Numbered from the stretch's first letter, positions 1-8,775 are shown. The stretch is DNA of 64,000 bases from an uncultured Pelagibacteraceae bacterium (GCA_902528175.1 CABZRN010000003.1:18500-82499), one strand, 5' to 3'. Notes: a model not told the origin generated them from the letters alone. Numbers and translations: made by a program.

Positions 1-844
1 TATATATACAATCAACTTTTAGTGGTCCTTTAACTGTTTTCATATATACAATGTCATTCTCCACAAATAGATCTTTGCCCTCAACTAATGCAATTCCCAT
101 TTGTTCAGCTAAATATGAGTGTTCAAAATATGCAGAATTATAAATTCCAGGAGTTAAAACCACCATATGCGGATCTTTAGTTTTTTTAGGAATACACTCT
201 AGCATGCAATTGAAAAGTTTATTTGTGTAATGATTAATTGATGCAACTTTATATCTGGTAAATAATTCAGGAAATACATCTCTCATAACCATACGGTTTT
301 CAAGCATATAAGAAACACCAGAAGGAACTCTTAAATTATCTTCTAAAACTAAATAATCTCCAGCTTTATTCCTTATTAAGTCAACTCCAGAAATATTTGA
401 CCAAGCCTTATATTTTGGAGAAAAACCCTCGCATTCTTTTACATAATATGGTGACTTAAATATTATTTCTTTTGGAACGACTTTATCTTTAAATATTTTC
501 TTTTGATTATAGACGTCATCAATAAATAAATTTAAAGCCTTTACCCTTTGTTGTAATCCTTTAGAAACTTTATTCCATTGAGATCTTGGAATTATTCTAG
601 GTATAATATCAAGTGGCCATTTTTTTTCTTCAGCTCTATTATTCGCTGCATATACTCTAAAATTTATACCTCTAGCGCTGATAGTACTTTGACAGTTTTT
701 TTCAATTTCTTGCAATTTTTTTTTTCCGTATCTTTCAAGGATATTAGAAATTATCATTGCATGTTTTCGTAACTTGTTGTCTTCTGTAAAGTACCCATCA
801 TATGCGTACTTTGCATTATAGTTTTTCCATAACTTAGTGACCAT
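1..844 (-). CDS. Circularly permuted type 2 ATP-grasp protein (3' end runs off the window)
   Basis: Translated manually from the ATG at 844: MVTKLWKNYNAKYAYDGYF...WPLDIIPRII...LEDNLRVPSGVSYMLENR...VVLTPGIYNSAYFEHSYLAEQMGIALVEGKDL...VDCIY. These motifs are diagnostic of the family. Not in the ORF track because there is no stop in the window. Confidence 0.9.
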   Translation of the reverse strand, partial: MVTKLWKNYNAKYAYDGYFTEDNKLRKHAMIISNILERYGKKKLQEIEKNCQSTISARGINFRVYAANNRAEEKKWPLDIIPRIIPRSQWNKVSKGLQQRVKALNLFIDDVYNQKKIFKDKVVPKEIIFKSPYYVKECEGFSPKYKAWSNISGVDLIRNKAGDYLVLEDNLRVPSGVSYMLENRMVMRDVFPELFTRYKVASINHYTNKLFNCMLECIPKKTKDPHMVVLTPGIYNSAYFEHSYLAEQMGIALVEGKDLFVENDIVYMKTVKGPLKVDCIY

Positions 845-953
845 TTTAATAGCTTTTATTAGTTAATCGTATTATGCAAATGCATTTTAGATATATCAGA
901 TATGATATAAATCGATTATAAATACACTGTTTAATTAAATAATACATTAAATT

Positions 954-1679
954 ATGACATACTGTATTGGAATTAAAACTAAAGAGGGCATAATAGTAGC
1001 ATCAGACTCTAGAACTAATGCAGGTTTTGATAACGTAAATATTTATTCTAAAATGTTTACTTATGACGTTGGTGATAGAACTATTATAATAGTTACTTCA
1101 GGAAATCTTGGAACATCTCAGGCGGTCTATAAATCTATTGAAAAGGATTTAAATGATAAAAATAGGATAGAAAATTTAAATACGTGTGAAGATTTTGATC
1201 AAGTAGCAAAATATGTTGGAGGTTTAAATATCAGACACTCATCACCAAAAGGAATTAATACTGATACTGTATTACTTGGATCTACTTTCATAGTAGGTGG
1301 TCAAATTAAAGGACAACCAATGGAATTATTTTTAGTTTATCCTCAAGGCAATTATATTAAACCTGCAGATAGTAAACCATATTTAGTAATTGGAGAAGTT
1401 AAATATGGTAAACCAATTTTAGACAGAGTCATTACCCCAGATGTCTCTATTGGTGATGCCTCAAGATGTGCCTTAATATCAATGGATTCAACATTAAAAA
1501 GTGATTTAACTGTTGGTCCTCCAATAGATTTTGTTGTTTATAAAAAAGATAAATTAAAAATTACATCACAAAAATGCTTAAATTTAAATGACAAAGAATT
1601 TTCAAAGGTTTCTGGTGAATGGTCAGAAGGCATTTTGAAAATATTTAATTCTTTTCCTAGATTTGACTGGGAAAAATAA
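954..1679 (+). CDS. Proteasome-type Ntn-hydrolase (Anbu family, T1 peptidase)
   Basis: N-terminal MTYCIG (Thr nucleophile after Met removal), ASDSRTNAG, YPQGNYI, IGEVKYGKPILDR, SMDSTLKSDLTVGPPID; next to an ATP-grasp gene. Confidence 0.9.
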   Translation: MTYCIGIKTKEGIIVASDSRTNAGFDNVNIYSKMFTYDVGDRTIIIVTSGNLGTSQAVYKSIEKDLNDKNRIENLNTCEDFDQVAKYVGGLNIRHSSPKGINTDTVLLGSTFIVGGQIKGQPMELFLVYPQGNYIKPADSKPYLVIGEVKYGKPILDRVITPDVSIGDASRCALISMDSTLKSDLTVGPPIDFVVYKKDKLKITSQKCLNLNDKEFSKVSGEWSEGILKIFNSFPRFDWEK

Positions 1680-1704
1680 TTACTTTTAAGAAATAATATT
1701 TTTA

Positions 1705-4392
1705 ATGATAAAAAGAGATCTTTATTACGAGAGAATTCCTACCAAAAGTTTAAGAAACGATGTTAGATACCTAGGAAATATTCTTGGTAAAGTAATAAGA
1801 GAACAAGAAGGAAATAAGTTTTTTAAATTAGTTGAAAAAACAAGACTTTTATCAAAGGCAAATATTGCAAATAAAAATAAGAAGGATCCTTTCAAAAACC
1901 TATCTAAAGAAATTAAAAAACAAAATCCTAAAGAACTACTGAAATTAACTAGAGCATATAATCATTTTATGAACCTATATAATTTAGCTGAGTCAGTAGA
2001 TGCCTCTCGAATGTTGGATAAATTTGACAATTCCTTTAAGATTAAAAAAAATAAAAATATATTTATTGAGGAAATATTTGAAAGTTTTTTTAAAAATAAA
2101 AATATTTCTAATAAAGAAATTTATGATTTAGCAAAAAGACTTAATATTGGTATAGTATTAACTGCTCATCCTACTGAAGTAAAAAGAAGGACCTTAATTC
2201 AAAAATACCATACATTGACAGAAATATTGGAACAAAGAAATTTGCTAAAAAACTATCCCTCTAAAATAAGAGTATTAGACAAAAAAATGTTTAATGAAAT
2301 AACAATTATTTGGAACACAGATGAACTTAAAAGATACAAACCATCTCCTTTTGATGAAGCAAGATGGGGATTAGCAATTATAGAAGATAGTCTATGGGAT
2401 ACTATTCCTAAAGTTTACAGAAGACTTAATGAAATATTTGTAAAAAATATGAAAAAAAATTTACCGAAAAATTTTAATCCTATTGAATTTGGATCATGGA
2501 TGGGTGGTGACAGAGATGGAAATCCTTTCGTTACATCCAAAGTAACTGAGGAAGTCTTACTTCTATCAAGATGGGAAGCTGCAAAACTTTATGAAAAAGC
2601 TTTAACAAAATTAATAAGATCTTTCTCTATGCAAAAATGCTCCAAAAAAATATTAAAATATACAGGTCACTCATATGAACCATATAGAGTTTACCTTAGA
2701 CCTCTGAGAGATAAAATGAGAAGAACACATAGGATGATAGAGCGCCATTTAGTTCAAAAAAAACCTCTAAACCAAAAAGAACTTATTTCTTCAAAGGAAG
2801 ATATTTTAAAACCATTAAGAGTGGTTAGAGATTCTTTAGAACAGTCACAAAATGAAAACATTGCAAGCGGAGAATTATTAGATTTGATGAGAAGAGCAAA
2901 ATGTTTTGGAATTAATCTTGCTAGATTAGATATAAGACAAGAGTCGTATAGGCATACAAAACTTATCGCAGAGATAATAAAAAGAAAATTTAAGAAAGAC
3001 TATTATTCTTGGACAGAGCAAGAAAAAATAAATTTTTTGACTAAAAAAATAAAAGAAAAAAATTTTATTAATAGTTTTAAATTTAAAGATAAAGAGAATT
3101 TAGAGGTTTGGTCTACTTTTAAAGCTTTATCAACCCAACCAAAAGAATGTTTAGGAGCTTATATTATATCTATGACATCCTCAGCCTCTGATATACTCTC
3201 AGTCATCCTTTTACAGAAAGAGGCAAATATAAAATACAAATTAAGAGTGGTGCCTTTATTTGAAACATTAGATGACTTAATAAATGGAAGCAAAATAATG
3301 TTATCTTTGTTCAAATTAAAGTGGTACCGAAATATAATTAGTTATCAACAAGAAATTATGATTGGTTATTCAGATTCAAGTAAAGACGCAGGTAAATTAT
3401 GTGCAAGTTGGCACCAATATAAATTACAGGAAGAAATTTTAGATTTATCAAATAAATTTAAATTAAAATTATCTTTTTTTCACGGAAGAGGTGGTTCAGC
3501 AGGAAGAGGGGGAGGACCAATACAAGCTACTCTTAGATCTCAACCGCCTGGTTCAGTTAACGGAAAAATTAGGATTACTGATCAGGGTGAAGTAATACAA
3601 CAAAAGTATGGTTACGAACCCATAGCTAAATATAATTTATGTAGTTACATAAGTTCTGTGATGCTGGCTACTTTAATTCCTCCCCCGCAACCAAAGGAAA
3701 ACTGGAGAAATTTAATAGAGAGTATGTCTGATATATCTAAAAGTTCTTATAGAAAAAATTTGACATCAAGCACTGAATTTATGAGATACTTTAAAACAGT
3801 TACCCCTCATTTAGCATTAGGAAAATTATCTATTGGATCTCGTCCATCAAAAAGAAAAAATTTAGATAGTATTAAGGGTCTTAGAGCAATACCTTGGGTA
3901 TTCGCTTGGACACAAATAAGATTAATGCTACCAGCATGGCTAGGGACTGCCGAGGCATTAAGATACTCATCAATAAAAAAGTTTAAAAAAACTCTAATTG
4001 ATATGGAAAAAAATTGGCCGTTTTTTAATTCAACTATGGATTTACTCGACATGGTTATTTCAAAAGTTGATCCAGAGATTTCAAAAATTTATGAGGAAAA
4101 TTTAGCAGATATTGATTTAAAAAGAGTGGGCAAAAAACTCAGATTTCAATTTGACGCTTTAAAAAAACTTAATAACAGCATAACACCGCCTGAAATTTTA
4201 AAACAAAGGAAAGCATTCAGAAGTCCTGCAATAATAAGAAATGTATATTCTGAAGTTTTAAACATCTTACAAGCAACAGTAATGATGAAATTAACCAAAA
4301 AAAATAACAATAAAATTAATAACGATTATCTAAACGACGCTTTAATGACTAGTATAGCAGGTATATCTGCAGCAATTAAAAATACTGGTTAA
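1705..4392 (+). CDS. ppc: Phosphoenolpyruvate carboxylase
   Basis: VLTAHPTE, WMGGDRDGNP, GYSDSSKDAG, FHGRGGSAGRGG, LRAIPWVFAWTQ, C-terminal KNTG. Confidence 0.97.
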   Translation: MIKRDLYYERIPTKSLRNDVRYLGNILGKVIREQEGNKFFKLVEKTRLLSKANIANKNKKDPFKNLSKEIKKQNPKELLKLTRAYNHFMNLYNLAESVDASRMLDKFDNSFKIKKNKNIFIEEIFESFFKNKNISNKEIYDLAKRLNIGIVLTAHPTEVKRRTLIQKYHTLTEILEQRNLLKNYPSKIRVLDKKMFNEITIIWNTDELKRYKPSPFDEARWGLAIIEDSLWDTIPKVYRRLNEIFVKNMKKNLPKNFNPIEFGSWMGGDRDGNPFVTSKVTEEVLLLSRWEAAKLYEKALTKLIRSFSMQKCSKKILKYTGHSYEPYRVYLRPLRDKMRRTHRMIERHLVQKKPLNQKELISSKEDILKPLRVVRDSLEQSQNENIASGELLDLMRRAKCFGINLARLDIRQESYRHTKLIAEIIKRKFKKDYYSWTEQEKINFLTKKIKEKNFINSFKFKDKENLEVWSTFKALSTQPKECLGAYIISMTSSASDILSVILLQKEANIKYKLRVVPLFETLDDLINGSKIMLSLFKLKWYRNIISYQQEIMIGYSDSSKDAGKLCASWHQYKLQEEILDLSNKFKLKLSFFHGRGGSAGRGGGPIQATLRSQPPGSVNGKIRITDQGEVIQQKYGYEPIAKYNLCSYISSVMLATLIPPPQPKENWRNLIESMSDISKSSYRKNLTSSTEFMRYFKTVTPHLALGKLSIGSRPSKRKNLDSIKGLRAIPWVFAWTQIRLMLPAWLGTAEALRYSSIKKFKKTLIDMEKNWPFFNSTMDLLDMVISKVDPEISKIYEENLADIDLKRVGKKLRFQFDALKKLNNSITPPEILKQRKAFRSPAIIRNVYSEVLNILQATVMMKLTKKNNNKINNDYLNDALMTSIAGISAAIKNTG

Positions 4393-4429
4393 CAAATCAA
4401 TTTAACTTATTTTACTATTCACTTATAAA

Positions 4430-5113
4430 TTATTTATACATAGAAAAGTATCCATCCATAAATGTAATTTTATTATTTAGGTGTTTAATTTTACTTATAG
4501 ATATTAATTTATAATTATATTTTTTTAAATAAAACAATATATCATAAAATGTTTCATTTGTATTTTCATAAAATTTTTCCAAAGATAGCTCTACTTTTAA
4601 AAGTTTAATATTGCCCTTTCTTAAATTATTCTTCATGCCCATAATTACTTTAAAATCCTCTCCTTGAACATCTATTTTACAAATATCAAATTTTTTTTTG
4701 TCCCCAAAAACTTTGTCGAAAGTATTCGTTATTACTATTTTTTTTGATTTAAGGTTTTTGAAGGATTTATAAAGATTATTTTGTCTATATAGGCTTGAGG
4801 TAGATGAAATAGAATATTCATAAAAACTTCTTTTAGAAAACCTGTTAGATAAGGCTATATTATATATATTAGCATTATTATATCTTGATTTAATCTTATC
4901 AGTTAATTTTTTTAGTGGTTCAACACAATGAATTTCGTTTAGAAAAAAAATACTATTAATTAAATCAATATAAGATCCTTCATTCGATCCTATATCGATA
5001 AGAGAAATTTTTTTTTTGGAAAAAAAACTCTTTAATAACTTTTTTTCATTTAAGCTTGATGCCATCAAATAACCCAATGCATCATCAATTTTTTGATAGT
5101 ATCTAATAAACAT
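4430..5113 (-). CDS. FkbM family methyltransferase
   Basis: LIDIGSNEG SAM motif, CVEP, NIALS, KIDVQGED. Confidence 0.85.
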   Translation of the reverse strand: MFIRYYQKIDDALGYLMASSLNEKKLLKSFFSKKKISLIDIGSNEGSYIDLINSIFFLNEIHCVEPLKKLTDKIKSRYNNANIYNIALSNRFSKRSFYEYSISSTSSLYRQNNLYKSFKNLKSKKIVITNTFDKVFGDKKKFDICKIDVQGEDFKVIMGMKNNLRKGNIKLLKVELSLEKFYENTNETFYDILFYLKKYNYKLISISKIKHLNNKITFMDGYFSMYK

Positions 5114-5213
5114 TTAAAGATAATTAACATATTTTAGAAAAAGATGTCTTAAATAAAAGATCAAATATATTGTTTTAGATTATAACTCGCTATAAAATTG
5201 AAAACTGAGAGAC

Positions 5214-5325
5214 AAATAAAAAAAATTTACTTATTCATCTTGTTCAATTATAAATATTAGCATAAATACTCATGAAAATAACTCATGCCCTCGTGGTGAA
5301 ATTGGTAGACACAAAGGACTTAAAA
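5214..5325 (+). repeat. 112-bp direct repeat, copy 1 (tRNA-Leu upstream region plus tRNA 5' half); copy 2 is at 6749-6860
   Basis: Hand alignment at offset 1535 shows only 2 mismatches (5236, 5238). Confidence 0.95.
5287..5325 (+). pseudogene. Orphan 5' half of tRNA-Leu(TAA), att-like scar
   Basis: GCCCTCGTGGTGAAATTGGTAGACACAAAGGACTTAAAA is identical to 6822-6860 and stops exactly at the last base of the anticodon loop. Confidence 0.93.
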
Positions 5326-5343
5326 GCCGTGGGATAGAAGTTA

Positions 5344-5373
5344 AAGTCAGTCCATAGTAGTCCAAGTTAGTCT
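5344..5373 (+). repeat. Three tandem 10-bp imperfect repeats
   Basis: AAGTCAGTCC / ATAGTAGTCC / AAGTTAGTCT. Confidence 0.7.
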
Positions 5374-5450
5374 AAAACATCCTATAAAATCCCATTTTTC
5401 AATTTAGCTTTAAATTAATATAAGGAAATTAAGCTTATTAAATATTTCAA

Positions 5451-5501
5451 AACCAGCACAAGACCAGCACATAGAGAGATAAAATAAAAAAGAATTTACT
5501 T
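5451..5501 (+). repeat. ~50-bp direct repeat, copy 1 (copy 2 at 6718-6767), containing ACCAGCACA twice
   Basis: AACCAGCACAAGACCAGCACAT is identical at 5451-5472 and 6718-6739; both copies continue into an A-tract and TTTACTT. Confidence 0.9.
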
Positions 5502-5532
5502 CTGAATTATTATTAGTAAAAATATCACTTAA

Positions 5533-6639
5533 TTGAACAATATAAACAATTTTAAATCTTTTCTTTTTATTTTAGTAGTAAGTGTTTTTTTTAATTCATT
5601 GGTACTAGCAGAACATTTAAAAGGAAAGTCCAAAGCTGAAAAAGATGGATACTTAAAAATTAGAATAATAGATTTACCTGCTGCATTCAAAAAAGTACAA
5701 ATTTCACCTGCAGGCACAGTTAAAACTTTAAACAAAGAATTGATTGAAAATAAAAATACAAAAAAAATAGATAAAAATATCAAAAATAAAAGTTTGTTAA
5801 GTGTTTTATATTTTGATGGTCAAAAAATAGTAGTAGATAAAATATCTGAAAAAATAAAAGATAATACAAAGTTATATAGTTTTTCTATTTCAAAAAGTTT
5901 TGTAAGCTACATTCTAGGTAATACTATTTGTAATGGAGATATTAAAAGTTTAGATGACAAGATTTCTGATTATGTCCCGGAAACCAAAGGAACCTTATAT
6001 GAAAATTCTACTTTCAAAGAATTAATTAATATGGCAGCGGGAGATACTAATTTTGCTAGTAGAAAAGCTGGTAGCGCTACGTTCATATATGCTGGTGATA
6101 TTGCAGGAAAAAAAAAGACAATTAAAGATTACTTAATTACATCAAGTAATTTAAAAACAACAAAAAAAGTATTCAATTATAATAATTTCTTAACTGACCT
6201 TGTTGCTAGAGCAATTGATGTTAAAGTTTCAGGTGGTCTAAAAAAATCTTATGAAAGTTTTGCGAATAAAGCAGGGACTAGCTCTGAAATGTTCTTTCTA
6301 ACAGATGACAATGGTTGGCCTATTTTGCACGCTTGGTTTTATGCTACAAGAGAAGACTTTTTAAAACTTGGTATTCAAATTGCTAAAGACTGGAATTCTA
6401 ATACTTGTATTGGTGACTACTTAAAAAATATTGAGTCTATGAGAGGAAAATCAGACAATAAAAATTCTGAATATTCAGGATATTTTTGGTATTCCAGTAA
6501 AAACAAAACAAGACATGCTGAGATGCGTGGTCATGGCGGTCAAAGAATCTATGTTGATCTAGAAAAAAATCGAGTTTTAACATATCACTCAATATCTGGC
6601 GATTACGATAATAAATCTATCTGGAATTTACTAAAATAA
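5533..6639 (+). CDS. Secreted serine hydrolase, beta-lactamase/AmpC-like family
   Basis: Signal-peptide-like N-terminus, SxxK (SISKS), YxN (YNN), GHGGQ; TTG start is uncertain. Confidence 0.85.
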   Translation: MNNINNFKSFLFILVVSVFFNSLVLAEHLKGKSKAEKDGYLKIRIIDLPAAFKKVQISPAGTVKTLNKELIENKNTKKIDKNIKNKSLLSVLYFDGQKIVVDKISEKIKDNTKLYSFSISKSFVSYILGNTICNGDIKSLDDKISDYVPETKGTLYENSTFKELINMAAGDTNFASRKAGSATFIYAGDIAGKKKTIKDYLITSSNLKTTKKVFNYNNFLTDLVARAIDVKVSGGLKKSYESFANKAGTSSEMFFLTDDNGWPILHAWFYATREDFLKLGIQIAKDWNSNTCIGDYLKNIESMRGKSDNKNSEYSGYFWYSSKNKTRHAEMRGHGGQRIYVDLEKNRVLTYHSISGDYDNKSIWNLLK

Positions 6640-6717
6640 TTTTCGAATTAATTATTTCTCTAACCAAATGAATACAGCTGAAGAAAGATATTAATATTTA
6701 ATAGGATTTTATAGGAC

Positions 6718-6860
6718 AACCAGCACAAGACCAGCACATGGGAATATAAAATAAAAAAAATTTACTTATTAACCTTGTTCAATTATAAATATTAGCATAA
6801 ATACTCATGAAAATAACTCATGCCCTCGTGGTGAAATTGGTAGACACAAAGGACTTAAAA
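6718..6860 (+). repeat. Second copies of the ~50-bp and 112-bp repeats (overlapping), including the probable tRNA-Leu promoter
   Basis: Matches 5451-5501 and 5214-5325. Contains an A-tract, TTTACT (6761-6766), a 17-bp spacer and TATAAA (6784-6789). Confidence 0.85.
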
Positions 6861-6907
6861 TCCTTGCCCTTTTGGGAGTGCCAGTTCGAGTCTGGCCGAG
6901 GGCACCA
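6822..6907 (+). tRNA. tRNA-Leu (anticodon TAA)
   Basis: Acceptor stem GCCCTCG/CGAGGGC, anticodon arm AAGGA-CTTAAAA-TCCTT, long variable arm, GTTCGAGT T-loop, encoded CCA. Confidence 0.97.
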
Positions 6908-6910
6908 CTA

Positions 6911-7672
6911 ATGATAAAAATTATATCTGACAAAAATAAAAAATCTAAACAAATTAAATCTATACTTGAAAAAAAATTAAAAAAAAAAATTAAAAATTCA
7001 AAAATAGTTATAGTAATAGGGGGTGATGGTTTTATGTTACAAACTCTAAAAAAAAACAAAAATTCACCCAAATATTTTTATGGTGTAAATTCAGGAAATT
7101 ATGGTTTCTTAATGAATAAATTTTCTTCACAAAATATTTTAAAAAATATATCTAAGACAAAACTGATTTCAATTTTTCCTTTAGAAATGAAAGTAACAAA
7201 TAATCAAGGAAAAATTAAAAAATCAATTGCAATTAATGAAATATCTATTTTAAGACAAAGTAGACAAGCTGCAAATTTAAGTGTTTATTCTGGCAAACAA
7301 AAGATTATCAAAAATTTGATTTCTGATGGAATTTTAGTATCCACTCCGGCTGGAAGTACAGCTTATAATATGTCTGTTTATGGTCCAATTTTAAGTTTAA
7401 ATTCAAAAAAACTTTCAATTGCTCCAATTAGTGCTTTTAGACCAAGAAGATGGAAGGGTAAAGTTGTTAGCGATAAATCAATTATTAATATTAAAAATTT
7501 AAATCCAATCAAAAGACCAGTCAGCGCTGTAGCTGATAATTATGAAGTACGAAATGCAAAAAAAATTATTATTAAGATTAATAAAGAAATAAAGTTTAAT
7601 TTATTATATGAATCTAATAGAAGTCTTCAAAAAAAAATAAAACTTGAACAACTTAAAAATGAAACATCCTAA
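6911..7672 (+). CDS. nadK: NAD kinase
   Basis: IGGDGFML, GVNSGNYGFL, AINE, DGILVSTPAGSTAYNMS. Start moved to the ATG at 6911 because the ORF-track start lies inside the tRNA. Confidence 0.92.
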   Translation: MIKIISDKNKKSKQIKSILEKKLKKKIKNSKIVIVIGGDGFMLQTLKKNKNSPKYFYGVNSGNYGFLMNKFSSQNILKNISKTKLISIFPLEMKVTNNQGKIKKSIAINEISILRQSRQAANLSVYSGKQKIIKNLISDGILVSTPAGSTAYNMSVYGPILSLNSKKLSIAPISAFRPRRWKGKVVSDKSIINIKNLNPIKRPVSAVADNYEVRNAKKIIIKINKEIKFNLLYESNRSLQKKIKLEQLKNETS

Positions 7673-7845
7673 TGTTACAAATAACAAACACGAATTTTTA
7701 AAAAAAAAGATTCTAATTTAATTAATGAGAAAAAAATTAATTTTCAAAAACAAACTTTTAAAAATTTAATTAAAAAGTTTTATTTAAGAATACCTAAAAA
7801 TTGATTTATACTTAAAGTTTATTATGCTAATAGCATCTAGAATTC

Positions 7846-8775
7846 TTACTTAACAGCGTTTAGAACAAGACCGGTTCCACCTTTTTTAACTATAAATTTT
7901 TTTAACTTTATTTTAGAAGCAATTTTTTCTAATTTTTTTGGTCTTAGAGGTTTGTCAAATTTTGCACCTAGTGCATCAAATGTATCTAGTATTGCCATCT
8001 CTATAAGTTTTTCTTTATCTTTTGGAAAATTATTTTCACCACTGTAATTCCAACATGGGATAGGAATGCATCCTCGAATTAATTTTCCTAATATAATTGG
8101 TAACTTCGTTTTTAAAAATGTGTCAAAAGGAAAGTAGTAAGGGATATAAAAACTTATAATTTTTAGCAGTAATTCAGGATTCATTCTTTTTGTAATTGGT
8201 CTCCAAATATGTTTTGGAGTATAAAATGGTGAGGGATGATATATTTTAATATAATGATCTATTGAAATGTTGCCTCCTTGTTTAGCAAAGTTACAACATG
8301 AATTATAAGTTCTAATAACATCCGGTGTGTGTTGAGCTACCCCATAACACAAAACATAATCAAAAATTCCATTAAGAATTTCTAAATCATAAAGAGAAGA
8401 CTTTATAAAAATTATTTTATTTGAGTCGTTATTACTTACATTAGAGTGGATTGCATCAGATATTTCATTTGAAACTACATATGCACCCGTTTCCAAAAGT
8501 ATTTCAGTAAATCTACCAGCACCACTACCTATTTCTAAAACTAACTTATCTTTTAAACTCTCAAGTTTCCATTCACTAGCCTTTATTAATCTTTTTTTGG
8601 TGAGTGGATAACCTGTATGAGAGTCATATTGTGTTTTAGAAAATTTGTTCCACTGTAAACCAAAATTAGAACAATAATCTTTAATATTTTTGCTTCTATA
8701 TATATTCTTTTCCTTAATAAAAGATTTTTGAACATTCAATATATCTTTAATTTTTTGAAAATTTTCCTTACTCAT
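7846..8775 (-). CDS. Class I SAM-dependent methyltransferase (type common in glycan loci)
   Basis: VLEIGSGAGRF motif I, FDYVLCYGVAQHTPD. Confidence 0.85.
   Translation of the reverse strand: MSKENFQKIKDILNVQKSFIKEKNIYRSKNIKDYCSNFGLQWNKFSKTQYDSHTGYPLTKKRLIKASEWKLESLKDKLVLEIGSGAGRFTEILLETGAYVVSNEISDAIHSNVSNNDSNKIIFIKSSLYDLEILNGIFDYVLCYGVAQHTPDVIRTYNSCCNFAKQGGNISIDHYIKIYHPSPFYTPKHIWRPITKRMNPELLLKIISFYIPYYFPFDTFLKTKLPIILGKLIRGCIPIPCWNYSGENNFPKDKEKLIEMAILDTFDALGAKFDKPLRPKKLEKIASKIKLKKFIVKKGGTGLVLNAVK

Larger units (their letters stand above)
5326..6748. mobile_element. Small integrase-less islet at tRNA-Leu carrying a serine hydrolase
   Basis: Bounded by the 112-bp repeat; phased short repeats and a 13-bp inverted repeat lie near the ends; no recombinase gene. 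Confidence 0.7.

Noticed and set aside
5533-6639. Antibiotic-resistance call for the beta-lactamase-fold gene
   Set aside because: The motifs only place it in the broad serine hydrolase family (esterases/amidases); the substrate cannot be inferred.
5344-6739. Short repeats as a CRISPR array or IS/MITE ends
   Set aside because: There is no repeat-spacer periodicity, no cas gene, no transposase and no terminal target duplication; an att-like reading fits better.
6872-6910. N-terminal extension of nadK (and likewise of secE, 18577-18660) in the ORF track
   Set aside because: These extensions are translated tRNA sequence; better starts exist at 6911 and 18661.
7673-7845. Search for a tRNA-Thr 3' fragment bounding the MTase-GT4-MTase trio
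   Set aside because: No match to the tRNA 3' half was seen, so no mobile element is called there.
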